Source of the DNA: Candidatus Saccharimonadota bacterium
GTDB taxonomy: Bacteria; Patescibacteriota; Gracilibacteria; BD1-5; UBA6164
NCBI GenBank assembly: GCA_004563595.2
Contig: CP042461.1
Location: 150,001 to 182,000, forward strand
Reading direction: 5' to 3'
Length of the DNA: 32,000 nucleotides
The notes beneath the pieces were generated by a model. The model was not told the DNA's origin and made no database searches. It saw only the letters and a list, made by a program, of their open reading frames with translations. The translations under genes were made by a program, and so were the position numbers. This document shows, piece by piece, positions 1 through 9,460 of the stretch; position 1 is the first letter of the stretch, and each line of letters starts with the position of its first letter.

Positions 1-43
1 ACTTTTTTTATGAGATTAGTACTATGTAATACAAGGTAAATAT

Positions 44-376
44 ATGTGAGACAATTTAGAAAAAATATCAGCTCAGATGAGGAAGTGAATCTTGGAATAT
101 GTAATCCTGATGATTATAGATTCTGGAGACGTCTATTCATCTGATATATTAAAGATGTTAAAAGAAAACAATCTGATAGTCGTTGAGGGAACACTCTATC
201 CACTCTTATCCAGATTGAGAAAAGAATCGATTATTACCTACTTTTGGGTGGAATCAAGCTCTTGACCACCAAGGAAGTATTTTAAACTCACCAAGGAATG
301 AAAAGAGCTGTTAAAAACGATGAACATCGTATGGACTGACCTGCGAGATGCAGTAAAAAATATTTGAAAGAAATAA
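44..376 (+). CDS. PadR family transcriptional regulator
   Basis: ATG at 44, TAA at 374-376, preceded by an in-frame TAG at 17-19. Five in-frame TGAs are read as Gly. The translation contains VEGTLYPLLSRLRKESIITYFWVESSSGPPRKYFKLTKEGKELL, the PadR winged-helix signature. Confidence 0.85.
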
Positions 377-398
377 TTTATATTTAAAAAAACAAAAA

Positions 399-2000
399 AT
401 GAAAAAGATAGTAATAGGTGGTCAAAAATTTAGTCTTTCAGAAACCTCAGAAATATTTTTAAATAAATATTTAAGTAAAATGAAGACTTTTATGAAAAAG
501 AACGATATCGAAATAGAAGTCTATGATGACATCGAAGAAAGAATATCTGAAAGATTTAATGAAAGCATTCCATCAAAAACAAAAAGAGAAATATCAGATA
601 CTATAGTTATTGATATCGTAAATGAAATCTGAGAACCAGATGAAATATTTGCTGACCTTTTAGATGACTCAGCTCCTGAAGTAAAAAAAGAAAGTAAAAT
701 AAACTTCAAAGAATATTTTTCAAACGAAAATGAAACACTCACAAGAAACTCTGAAGAATGAATTATCTTTTGAGTATGTTATTGAATCGGTGATAGATAT
801 GGAATAGATCCGCTATGGATTAGACTATGATTTGTATTTGGTGCTTTCCTATGGGGAATGACACTCTTCTTATACATCATTCTCGCAATCTTGCTTCCTA
901 ATATTGCAGGGTCAAAAAAAAAAGTAATAACCTATGAGAGTAAAGTTGATAAAAAAGAAGCTAAAAAAGAAAATAAAGGAGATGAAATAAAAGAAAAAAA
1001 TATTCCTCTCAAAAATACTCCTACCCAAAAGAGTGAAGAACAAAAAGATGAACAAATCGTAGAAAAACCACCCGTAATAGAAGTGCCAGTTCAATATATC
1101 AAAACAAAAGCACCTTCGTTTTTTAAAGAAGTTGGACTGTTAATAAAAAGAGTATTTTTCTTTTTATTATGGATAATAAGAATCATGATAGCTGCTCTCT
1201 TATCAGTTTGGGCAATACCTGTTATTCTTTCTTTTTTACTCGTATCAGGAATGTTTTTTGCTGATCTATCGTTTGATAATCAAAAACTATTTACACACTT
1301 GCATTTATTCTTAAAAATTTGAGCTGTTTGAATGCTCATGTCGCTGGCATTTTTGATAATTTGAATTATCTGAAAGCTGTTAAAGTGAAAATGATTTACA
1401 AATATCCTAATGTTTATTGGTTTTATTGGAATCCTAAGTTTCTTGTTTGTATGAAGCGTATGATTCTTTAATACTTTCAATAATTATTCAAATGTATATG
1501 AAAAAACTGAGACCTATGATTTTGGAAATAATGAAGCAATGTTAGATAGACTATCTGCATTTTGAGAAAGTACCTCTATGATAAACGGAGTCAATTGGGT
1601 TGATAATTTAGAATTCAGAAAATCAAATACTGGAAGTATTAAAATAGAAGTTGTTTCTAAGATTAATGCAAAAAATCAAGCTGTTGCTGATAGTATATTA
1701 TCAGAGCTCACTCCATTAGAATTTGAAATGGACCCAAATATATGATTTTGATTAGACTGAAAATCAACTTTTAAAAAAGAAGTAGCATTTTCATTTCTCA
1801 GAAGAGATATCATTATCTATATCCCAGAGAAAGACTTTGATTTGAGGATAGGGGATTTATATGAGATGGATATTCATGAAATCAACAATCTTTACTATGA
1901 AGATGATGGGGAATATGAAAATTATTGGATTTCATATCATTGTATGAATACAAAGGTTGAATATAACGAAGAAAAATGATTTTTCGTTTGTAGGAAATAA
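399..2000 (+). CDS. PspC domain-containing membrane protein with a DUF1700-like N-terminal helical region
   Basis: One frame runs from ATG 399 to TAA 1998-2000 and joins track ORFs 399..632 and 858..1322 through in-frame TGAs. The motif GIIFGVCYGIGDRYGIDPLWIRLGFVFGAFLWGMTLFLYIILAILLP is a PspC domain. It is followed by a Lys/Glu-rich linker, more TM helices and a C-terminal soluble part. It lies 22 nt after the PadR stop. Confidence 0.8.
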
Positions 2001-2025
2001 AAAAAGAGCAAATGCTCTTTTTTTA
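2001..2025. terminator. Bidirectional rho-independent terminator
   Basis: Stem aagagc/gctctt with a 4-nt loop, flanked by an A-run and a T-run. It sits between the convergent CDS ends at 2000 and 2023. Confidence 0.5.
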
Positions 2026-2418
2026 TGCTCTTTCTAAATTTTCTTCAATTCTATGCATAATTGTTTTGTTGATACTGTTTTCACCATTATTAATCATATC
2101 GATCAAGTTGTCTATTGTTAGTATGATAACCTCTAGGTCTCAAGTTACTACTACACTTGCTGTTCTCGCTTCTTCATTTAAGAGAGCAATTTCTCAGAAT
2201 ATATCTCAAGCTCACAGTTCAGCAATATGAGTTCCTTTTATACGGATACTGACTCTTCATGATTTTATGATGTATCATTCTCCATTTGATGCTTCTCATT
2301 CTACAAGAATCATCTCACCATCTACAAATTTTCTCTCATCACAGTTCTTAATAATCTTGTCGACTGTGTCTCTTTCAATTCCTTGGAAAATTTTAAGTGA
2401 ATAAATGCTTTCAGGCAT
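2023..2418 (-). CDS. Cyclic nucleotide-binding domain protein (stand-alone cNMP-binding domain)
   Basis: Minus-strand ATG at 2418-2416, TAA at 2025-2023, 131 aa, with 7 in-frame TGAs. The translation FVDGEMILVEGEASNGEGYIIKSGRVSIRIKGTHIAELGAGDIFGEIALLNEEARTASVVV matches the Crp/PKA-type cNMP-binding fold, including the FGE and RTA motifs. Confidence 0.8.
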
Positions 2419-2444
2419 AATCATATATAAAAAAATAAGTTCAT

Positions 2445-2464
2445 ATATATATTACTATAAATAT
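2445..2464 (-). promoter_or_regulatory. 20-bp promoter/operator-like element, copy 1 (minus orientation: ATATTTATAGTAATATATAT)
   Basis: Perfect reverse complement of 2619-2638. It ends 26 nt upstream of the minus-strand ATG at 2418. It is embedded in a 9-bp hairpin (2438-2446 paired with 2461-2469). Confidence 0.45.
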
Positions 2465-2618
2465 GAACTGAAAGCAAACATGAGTGTAATAATTGTAATT
2501 ACTCAACAATGACTTTTTTATGAAATTGCAGCCTCTTTCCCCTGTGAAGGGGAGAGAATTCAAGTGAGAGGTAAAAAAAACATATAACCTCTCGGATTCT
2601 TTTGTGTTTTTTCAATTT

Positions 2619-2638
2619 ATATTTATAGTAATATATAT
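2619..2638 (+). promoter_or_regulatory. 20-bp promoter/operator-like element, copy 2 (ATATTTATAGTAATATATAT)
   Basis: Perfect inverted copy of 2445-2464. It ends 25 nt upstream of ATG 2664. It resembles the AT-rich stretch gatagtatatatgtatatatatttttaat upstream of the CDS at 13682. Confidence 0.45.
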
Positions 2639-2663
2639 TTTTAATATTTAATAATCAGTGACG

Positions 2664-4070
2664 ATGACAAGAAGAAGAAATACGCTTTCTAAAACGCTCA
2701 AAGACTATATAGTTCCTATTATTTGAGTTGTGCTTATTGCGGTACTTATTTTTAATGTATTTTCATGAGGAAATAATGATGTGCAAAACACTTTGGATAA
2801 AGAAAACCAAGTAGGGTATGGAGTTTCACTTGATTCAGCACAAACAGAAGGGTATGTTGTATATCCTGGAGATTATAGAAAACAAATAGAATGAGATATT
2901 ACTCTCTATAAAGGTGAAAAAGTGGTAGTAAAAGAAGGAAGTTTATCACTAGATTTTTTGAGTATGTGAGCTTGAAGAATAAATAAGCTCTGAGAGCTTA
3001 AATATTCTGAAGAGTGAGATCTTGAACTCTATTCTTCTGATTTTTGGGTAAATTCAACTACTAAGTGAGACCTTACTATGAGATATGCAAATATTTCATT
3101 TTCAGCAGATTCAGCTCTTTCGTTTTCACAGAATGAAATGGGAAGTACTATATATCTACTTTCATGATTTGCGGAGGTGAGTAATAAAGTTTGAGAAACA
3201 ACTGTTCTTGCTCCTGGGAAAAAGGTAACGATTTCAAGACTTGATTCAAATAATGAAGATGTAGATCTTGTATTATTAAAAGATGACATTGATGATTACT
3301 TCAAACAATCAGATTGGTTTGTAAAAAATAATGGTGCATCATATCTAGGAGCTTCTCAGGAGTCTTCAACTTGATCAACGAGTAAACTTATTAGCTCATC
3401 AAGTAGTACTTCGTATCTTTGATTTAATAACTTACAAGATGAATCTCAAGTTTCATCTGATACTATAAAGATTTCAGGGACTTATACTGATGAAACTATT
3501 ATAAAAATTACATTAAATGGAACTGAAGCTCAAATAAACTCTTCAAATAAATCATTTACATTTAGCTCAGTTTCAACGTCAAAAAAAGAAAATGACTTAG
3601 TCTTCAAAGTAGTTGATGATAGTGGTGATACAATAGAAAAAATACTATATACTGTATATTATGATGGTTGATCATCAGCCTCAACGAGTGGCTCAAAATG
3701 ATTTGCTGTAAAAAACTTTTCAGTTGATGGTTCTAAGTTTACATTTACTTCACCAACAACATCAAATTCATACAGTACAAGAGAAGCATTTGTAACTATA
3801 CGTGGGAATGTATTAAATAAATGAATCTCGTCAGTAACGGTTAATGGTTATAAACTGAGTTCATTTAATTGATCTACTTGGAGATACCATGCTTCTGAGC
3901 AAAATGATAACCTCAAAGATGGGACGAATATATATGAAATAAAATATTTTGATGCAAGTGGAAACCTGGCATATACAAATTATTACACGATAATAAAAAA
4001 TGCAGATCAAGTAGAAAAGACTGAAGAGATAGAAACAAAAGAAGAAAAGACTTTCTCTGATGAAGCGTAA
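2664..4070 (+). CDS. Membrane-anchored extracytoplasmic protein (N-terminal TM, FecR-like beta region, Ser/Thr-rich linker, Ig-like repeats)
   Basis: ATG 2664 to TAA 4068-4070, 468 aa, many in-frame TGAs, no TAA/TAG. The N-terminal anchor is YIVPIIGVVLIAVLIF. The segment GEKVVVKEGSLSLDF...TIYLLSGFAEVSN..GETTVLAPGKKVTIS resembles a FecR-type beta fold. Ser/Thr-rich tracts follow. The functional assignment is weak. Confidence 0.6.
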
Positions 4071-4077
4071 TAAAAAA

Positions 4078-4125
4078 TAGACAATAAAAAAACTGACTTA
4101 TATAAGTCAGTTTTTTTATTGTCTA
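4078..4125. terminator. 48-nt perfect palindrome, bidirectional terminator
   Basis: tagacaataaaaaaactgacttata / tataagtcagtttttttattgtcta, with a GC core (ctgactta/taagtcag) flanked by A7 and T7. It overlaps the TAG stop (4125-4123) of the minus-strand gene. Confidence 0.7.
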
Positions 4126-4443
4126 ACAACTACATCCACTTCCACATCATTCAGGAGCACATCCTCCTGCGGAATCTCATCCACCTATAATACTTATAAA
4201 CATAGATTTAAGCTCTGAATCTTCTGGGATAATACCTTCAAAAATAGTATCTTTAAAGTCTATTTCTTCTTCTTCTATGATAAGTGCAGGTTCTTTTGTA
4301 ATATTCAGTTCTTCTTTAAGTTTTTGGTCCATTGTTGTTTCAACTTTGATAAAATCAATGAGTCCTAATTCCTCTAGAACAGCTTGAACTTTATTTAATA
4401 GTTGAGTAGAATTCTCTTCATTTCAATAAATTTTAACTTTCAT
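4123..4443 (-). CDS. Thioredoxin-fold (MTH895/Thioredoxin_3-like) small protein lacking CxxC, with a Cys-rich C-terminal tail
   Basis: Minus-strand ATG 4443-4441, TAG 4125-4123, 106 aa. MKVKIYGNEENSTQLLNKVQAVLEELGL...KEPALIIEEEEI matches the small glutaredoxin-like fold, but GNEENS replaces the usual G-C-x-x-C. The tail is GGGDSAGGCAPEGCGSGCSC. Confidence 0.55.
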
Positions 4444-4465
4444 TATATATATGTTATTTTATAAT

Positions 4466-4506
4466 AAAAAATAGTACTTAGAGTATATTCTAAAAGTACT
4501 ATTTTT
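4466..4506. terminator. Rho-independent terminator downstream of rplY
   Basis: 13-bp stem aaaaatagtactt / aagtactattttt (4467-4479 paired with 4494-4506) with A/T runs on both sides. Confidence 0.55.
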
Positions 4507-4524
4507 CAATGATAATTATATGAA

Positions 4525-5142
4525 TTATGCTTCAGGTTTTTCATCAGCACCAGTAACTTCTGGAACTACGATTTCTTCTTCAATTTCAACCTTAGCAGGT
4601 AGATTTGATGAAGCAACCATATCACCTGATTTTGTAAGGATTTCAATTTTAGATGTATCAACTTTTAGATCTGATACTCTAATTGAATCCCCCATGTTTT
4701 CTAGTACAGATAAGTCAACCTCAATTGAATCAATAAGATCTTTTGGAAGACATTTGATTTCAACAGCTTTTAAATGTTCTTCAAGAAGAGCACCTTCTTT
4801 TACTGCTTGAGATTCTCAAATGAATTTCAGAGAAACCTTTGTTTGAAGAGCTGCACCTTTTGTGATAGCGTAAAAATCGATATGTATAAAGTCTCCAGAT
4901 ACTGGAGCTTTTTGAACTTCATGAACAAGTGTATCAATAGATTTTTTACCAACTTTTAAAGTGATAATATGACTTTCTCCACTTTTTCTGAATGTTTTTA
5001 AGAATTCTGAATAATCTAGAGTAAGAGCCATTGATTCTGTTTTGTTTCCATATACAACACATGGTAATTTTTTTGAAGCTCTTAGATCTCTCGGTTTGTC
5101 TTCTGTATTTCTTAATTCTGCGTTTAAGCTCAAATTTTCCAT
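4525..5142 (-). CDS. rplY: 50S ribosomal protein L25/general stress protein Ctc
   Basis: Extends track ORF 4816..5142 through one TGA to TAA 4527-4525, which I checked codon by codon. RASKKLPCVVYGNK...HIITLKV...VHEVQKAPVSGDFIHIDFYAI is typical of bL25, and the C-terminal Ctc domain is present. Confidence 0.9.
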
Positions 5143-5295
5143 AATTGATTTTTGATATTTTTAAATAAAAAGCGAGGGAATTCTATTCTAAAAATGACTT
5201 TTGGCAAATGTTTTTTTACTTTTTCAAAAATTTATTTTAAAATAATATTTGCAGTTTTATTTTTATGGTTTTTTCCCAGTAGATACTTCCCTCTA

Positions 5296-7203
5296 TTATC
5301 TGATGATAAGCCTGTCATCACTGATTTCAAAAGTAAGTTTATTGATCCCATTTTTATGTAAAATCATTATTTCTCAATCATGGTTTATATAGAAATCATT
5401 GATGAGCTCGTTTTCTCATTCTATTTGTCATATATATGTGAGACTGCTTGTATTTTTGTAATTGTTTGTATTTGGTTTAAAAACCCAAACTCTATTATTT
5501 AACAACATATAGACATAATTTAATTCAGCTCTTGTTTTGAGATCAATTTTTGATTCAGAATTTTCTATGTCATAATTTTTTGGAAGTTTATTGAGAACAA
5601 TGCTTTCCAATCTATATTTTGGGTTTGAGTAAAACTTCACTATGGATAAATCTTTTTTGAGTATATAGAATCATCAATCTATTGCTATAGATAAGATATC
5701 TCAAATTTGTGTTACATCGTCATCATTTAAATATGAAGTTGCTTTTGAGAATACCTTTCAATTGAGAGAGTGTTTATAAATTTGGTTTTTATCAGCTCAG
5801 ATGAGATAAATATTTTGTCAGTAAGAATTAATTTCTTTTGATTTTTCCCATAATTTTTGATCAGACACATCCATGAAACTGAAATGTTTACTTTTTGAAA
5901 ATTTTACTACTTTTGAAAAGTTTGTTGTTAAATATGTTGTTTCTCAAATACTGGTTGCATCTACAAAATGTTCATCTTGTTCCAGGTCATTGAATGTATA
6001 TGTTTTTGGTTTTGTATTTGGAATGATTGGTCCCGTAATACTTTTCTTATTTATAATATAGGCTTTTTTATTATTTTTTACCAGTTTTATTGAATCTGAG
6101 AGATCTTCTTTGTATATAATATTTGTTGCTTTTGATTCAAAACTCTCAATTTTGTTAAATTGTTTTCTGAGTATGTTGATATCATCATTGATTTTTTCAA
6201 TATCGTTTGTGAATAGCTCTTCATCTTTGATTTCATTGACAAGGCTTTCTGCATTTTGTAAATGAAGCTCAAATGCATCAATGTTTGCTACATTTTCACT
6301 CGCAAGTCTGAGATATGTTTTTGCTTTTACTAAGTTTTCTTTTGAAACCTCTTTTTCTTTATTATCTGTTGAAATTCAGATTATTGTTGAAAGCATTGAA
6401 TACAAGACTACCAGAGATAGGGTGATTCATACTAGGAAGGCTATATTTTTTACGTTTTTAGATTGTTTATTGAGTTTGTCTTTTAATATCAAAACAGAAG
6501 CCATTATTTTTTTAGAGGATTTTTTATCCAAGAGCTTAAAAAAATATTCTTTTACAAGAAGAAGTTTATTATTCTCTTCTGCACTTGTAAGAAAGTGAGA
6601 GTATTTTATAACGGTTACTCATATATTTTTTTCTAGAATTTCAGAAAGAAGGATATTTTTGATGTTTTTATTAAATACTTTTACATCTTTTTCTTTATTA
6701 ACTCCATCTAATATGTCACTTTTTGAGAGGTAATTGAGTAACTTTTCAGTTGATATGATAACTACTTCATCATCATGCAATTCTCCGTTTGAAATAAATG
6801 AAAATTCTTTTTTATGATCATCAGTTTCAGTAAGTTCTGTTATTTCATTGTCTTTTTTTAGAAGATAACAAGAAGCATTTCATATACTAGAAAATATAAA
6901 GTTATTTTTATTTAAGAGTCATATAACGATATCTAATTGTATATCTTTTTTTGAGTCTTGTTTCCAAGTTTTGATAAGGGCATTTATGTTTTCTAGAGCA
7001 ATACTGAAATCATTGTAAGTATTATCTTCAGATATTTTATTAATGATAAAATCAAGAATATTATTTATAATCAGATCTCAGAAATGTGAATTATTTGAGC
7101 TTATAAGGATGAAACAGTCTAAGTTTTGTTCTAAGTTGATATTTTTTTTGATGACTTCATTGTCTTTCATGAAATTAATTTTTTTTGAACTGATTTCGAA
7201 CAT
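5296..7203 (-). CDS. Large membrane protein: degenerate PP2C/SpoIIE-like N-terminal domain, TM segment, coiled coil, C-terminal beta-repeat region
   Basis: I checked every in-frame triplet from 5641 to 7245. No TAA/TAG occurs until the upstream stop at 7245-7243, and the first ATG is at 7203-7201. The downstream TAA is at 5298-5296, giving 635 aa. The PP2C-like blocks IFSSIGNASCYLLKKDNEITELTE and GELHDDEVVIISTEKLLNYL have the catalytic Asp positions replaced. The TM segment is IAFLVGITLSLVVLYSMLSTIIG. Confidence 0.6.
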
Positions 7204-7387
7204 ATATTTACGTTTACTGATAAAGGAGTTTAAGAGTACATGTTATGGACTAAAAAAATTATATAGAAAAGGAAGGAAAATCAAAATTGAAAATACAGTT
7301 TTTTTTATTATACTTTGTGCTATTAAAAAAATATGGTTTTTTGAACTGAAAATTATATTTATATTTATTCTCCTAATATATAAAAAC

Positions 7388-8644
7388 TTGTTAATAATAA
7401 AAGGTGGAAAGGCATTAACTTGAAAGATAAAAGTCAGTGGGTCAAAAAATGCGGCACTTCCAATTTTATGAGCTGCACTTCTTCTAAAGGGGAAAGTAAG
7501 ATTAAAATGAATGCCAAATATCTGAGATGTAAATACTTTTTTAGATATTATGTCAAATATATGAGTAAAGTATAAATTTATAGGAGATACTTTGGAATTT
7601 GATTCTTCAAACATCAGTAAAGATAATCTTGACCTAGAAAAAATCAAAAAGATTAGAGCTTCAATTTTTTTACTCTCACCTCTTTTATATTTTTTCTGAA
7701 ATATATCTATTCCGTTTCCATGAGGATGTAATATTTGAAAAAGACCTATTGACGCTCATCTGAATTGACTTCAGGCAATCGGATATGATTACAAGATAGA
7801 TGATGAAGAAATAATTTTAGAATGAAAATTAGAGTCATGAGATAAAACAATAAATGCTTGATTTTGAGTGAGTTCAACAGAGAACCTTATAGTTGCAAAT
7901 GTACTAAGGAAATGAGTAACAACTATTGAGCTTGCAGGGATTGAACCACACGTGATGAATCTCGTTGATTTTTTAAGAGCAGCAGGAGCTGATATTAAAA
8001 TAAGATATAATCATACTATTATTGTAACATGAGTGAAAGAATTACGAGATGATTTTGAATTTAATATTATATCAGATTACATTCAATCATGAACATACAT
8101 GGTTTTAGGAGCACTCGCTGCTGAAAAGTATATAGATATAGAGAATGCAAGAATACAAGATTTATATGCTTTTATTGAGAAATTAAAAGATGCATGAGTA
8201 CAGGTAGAAAATTTATGAAATGATACTCTGAGAGTCTTTAAATCTGAGAGGTTGAAAACGGTTTCTATACAAACAAATATATTTCCAGGTTTTCCGACAG
8301 ATCTTCAATCACCATTTGCTGTTTTGATGACTCAAGCAAAATGAACAAATAAAGTTCATGAAATACTTTTTGAGGGGAGGTTGAATTTCCTTGTAGAGTT
8401 AGAAAAGATGCAAGCAAATGTTGCACTCTTAAATCCTCATGAAGCACTCATTTTTGGTCCATCTCCTCTAAAATGAGGAGTCTCAGTAACATCATGGGAC
8501 CTGAGAGCTTGAGCTGCAATGGTGATAGCATGACTGATTGCTGAGTGAACCACAAAAGTTACAAAAGTAGAGTACATTCATAGAGGATATGAAAATTTTG
8601 TAGAAAATTTACAATCGCTTTGAGCAGATATAGAAGAAGTATAA
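7388..8644 (+). CDS. murA: UDP-N-acetylglucosamine 1-carboxyvinyltransferase
   Basis: KVSGSKNAALPILGAALL, RASIFLLSPLL and [22 protein letters not shown] contain the active-site Cys loop, and the protein ends at TAA 8642-8644. I counted about 24 in-frame TGAs, all at Gly-compatible positions. The start is assigned to TTG 7388, the only table-25 start near the conserved N-terminus, and is uncertain. Confidence 0.9.
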
Positions 8645-8675
8645 AAACAAGACGTTATTTTTTAATATAAACATT

Positions 8676-8861
8676 ATGAAAGCATTTCCAGTAGCATTAA
8701 TTATTTTTTGAGTTGTTATTATTCTCGCTCCAGCTATTTTAGCATATTTGATCTGATGATTTTTCATTTTTATCTGAATTAATTTATTAGCATTTTTCAA
8801 AATGACAGGGGGGAATAAAGAAGAGTATGTAAAGTTTGGGAAGTATAAAATATATAAATAA
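8676..8861 (+). CDS. Small hypothetical membrane protein (61 aa, two hydrophobic helices)
   Basis: ATG 8676 to TAA 8859-8861. The translation is MKAFPVALIIFGVVIILAPAILAYLIGGFFIFIGINLLAFFK.... It fills the gap after murA. No homology was recognised. Confidence 0.4.
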
Positions 8862-8871
8862 TCTTTGATAT

Positions 8872-9399
8872 ATGACTTATTTGTATTCTTGTAATTGGGA
8901 TGATGAGAATAATAAACCTTCTGGAATCATATCTCAAAAAGAAGCTCAGGAACGTTTTGACGCTGGTGAGCCTTTTGTGATAATGGTAGGTTGAGATAGC
9001 CCTACTGCTTTTTTGTCAGTTGTGAGAAATAAATCAATATATATAAGTAAATTTGATAAGAATTTAAATGAGAAAAAATCTTATTCATATATTGCTATCG
9101 ATAAAAATCAATCAGATCAGTTATTTCTTACCATGATGGTGCAAAGAGAATTCGATAAAGACAATAGCCTTAAAAGAAGTGCACATCAACATTATGCTAA
9201 GATTGAATGACTCCAAGAAACTGGAGAAGATCTTTGGCTCACACAAGAGAGAGCTTTTTGTGTTGAGGTAAATTTAGATACTGGTGGAGTGAAGCAGTAT
9301 GAAGCAGAGGAGAAGATTGATTGAGATTCACTATGGATAAAATTTCCAGAATTTGGTAAATGGGAGGAATTATTCTCTCAAATAGATAAGAAAAAGTAA
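8872..9399 (+). CDS. Hypothetical protein (175 aa)
   Basis: ATG 8872 to TAA 9397-9399, in the same frame as track ORF 9013..9210, joined through TGAs. A strong terminator follows. No domain was recognised. Confidence 0.6.
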
Positions 9400-9417
9400 A
9401 AATTTGCTTTCCCAAAA

Positions 9418-9454
9418 AAGGATATATAATCACATACATTATATATCCTTTTTC
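9418..9454 (+). terminator. Rho-independent terminator
   Basis: Perfect 13-bp stem aaggatatataat / attatatatcctt (9418-9430 paired with 9438-9450), 7-nt loop, then a T-run. Confidence 0.65.
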
Positions 9455-9460
9455 TTTCCG

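Noticed and set aside
914-923. A10 homopolymer inside the PspC-domain gene as a possible slipped-strand phase-variation switch
   Set aside because: It encodes a Lys run (SKKKV) within a Lys/Glu-rich linker. Poly-A runs of 7-9 nt are common throughout this AT-rich sequence, including in terminators. Nothing suggests a second reading frame that would be restored by slippage.
4150-4170. Selenocysteine reading of the TGA adjacent to Cys in the thioredoxin-fold protein tail
   Set aside because: TGA is demonstrably Gly elsewhere in the window, the tail is Gly-rich anyway, and I see no obvious SECIS-like hairpin immediately downstream. It is kept only as a check in the corresponding finding.
7243-7647. 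Track ORFs lying antisense to or out of frame with the real genes. Examples are 521..742(-), 912..1094(-), 3029..3289(-), 4520..4810(+), 6281..6598(+), 7043..7423(+), 7243..7647(-), 11346..11579(-), 18718..19020(-), 22940..23230(-), 28089..28370(+), 29928..30200(-), 30851..31078(+) and 31718..31924(-)
   Set aside because: They overlap well-supported CDSs on the other strand or in another frame, have low-complexity or odd composition, and carry no recognisable motifs. They are typical shadow ORFs of an AT-rich genome.
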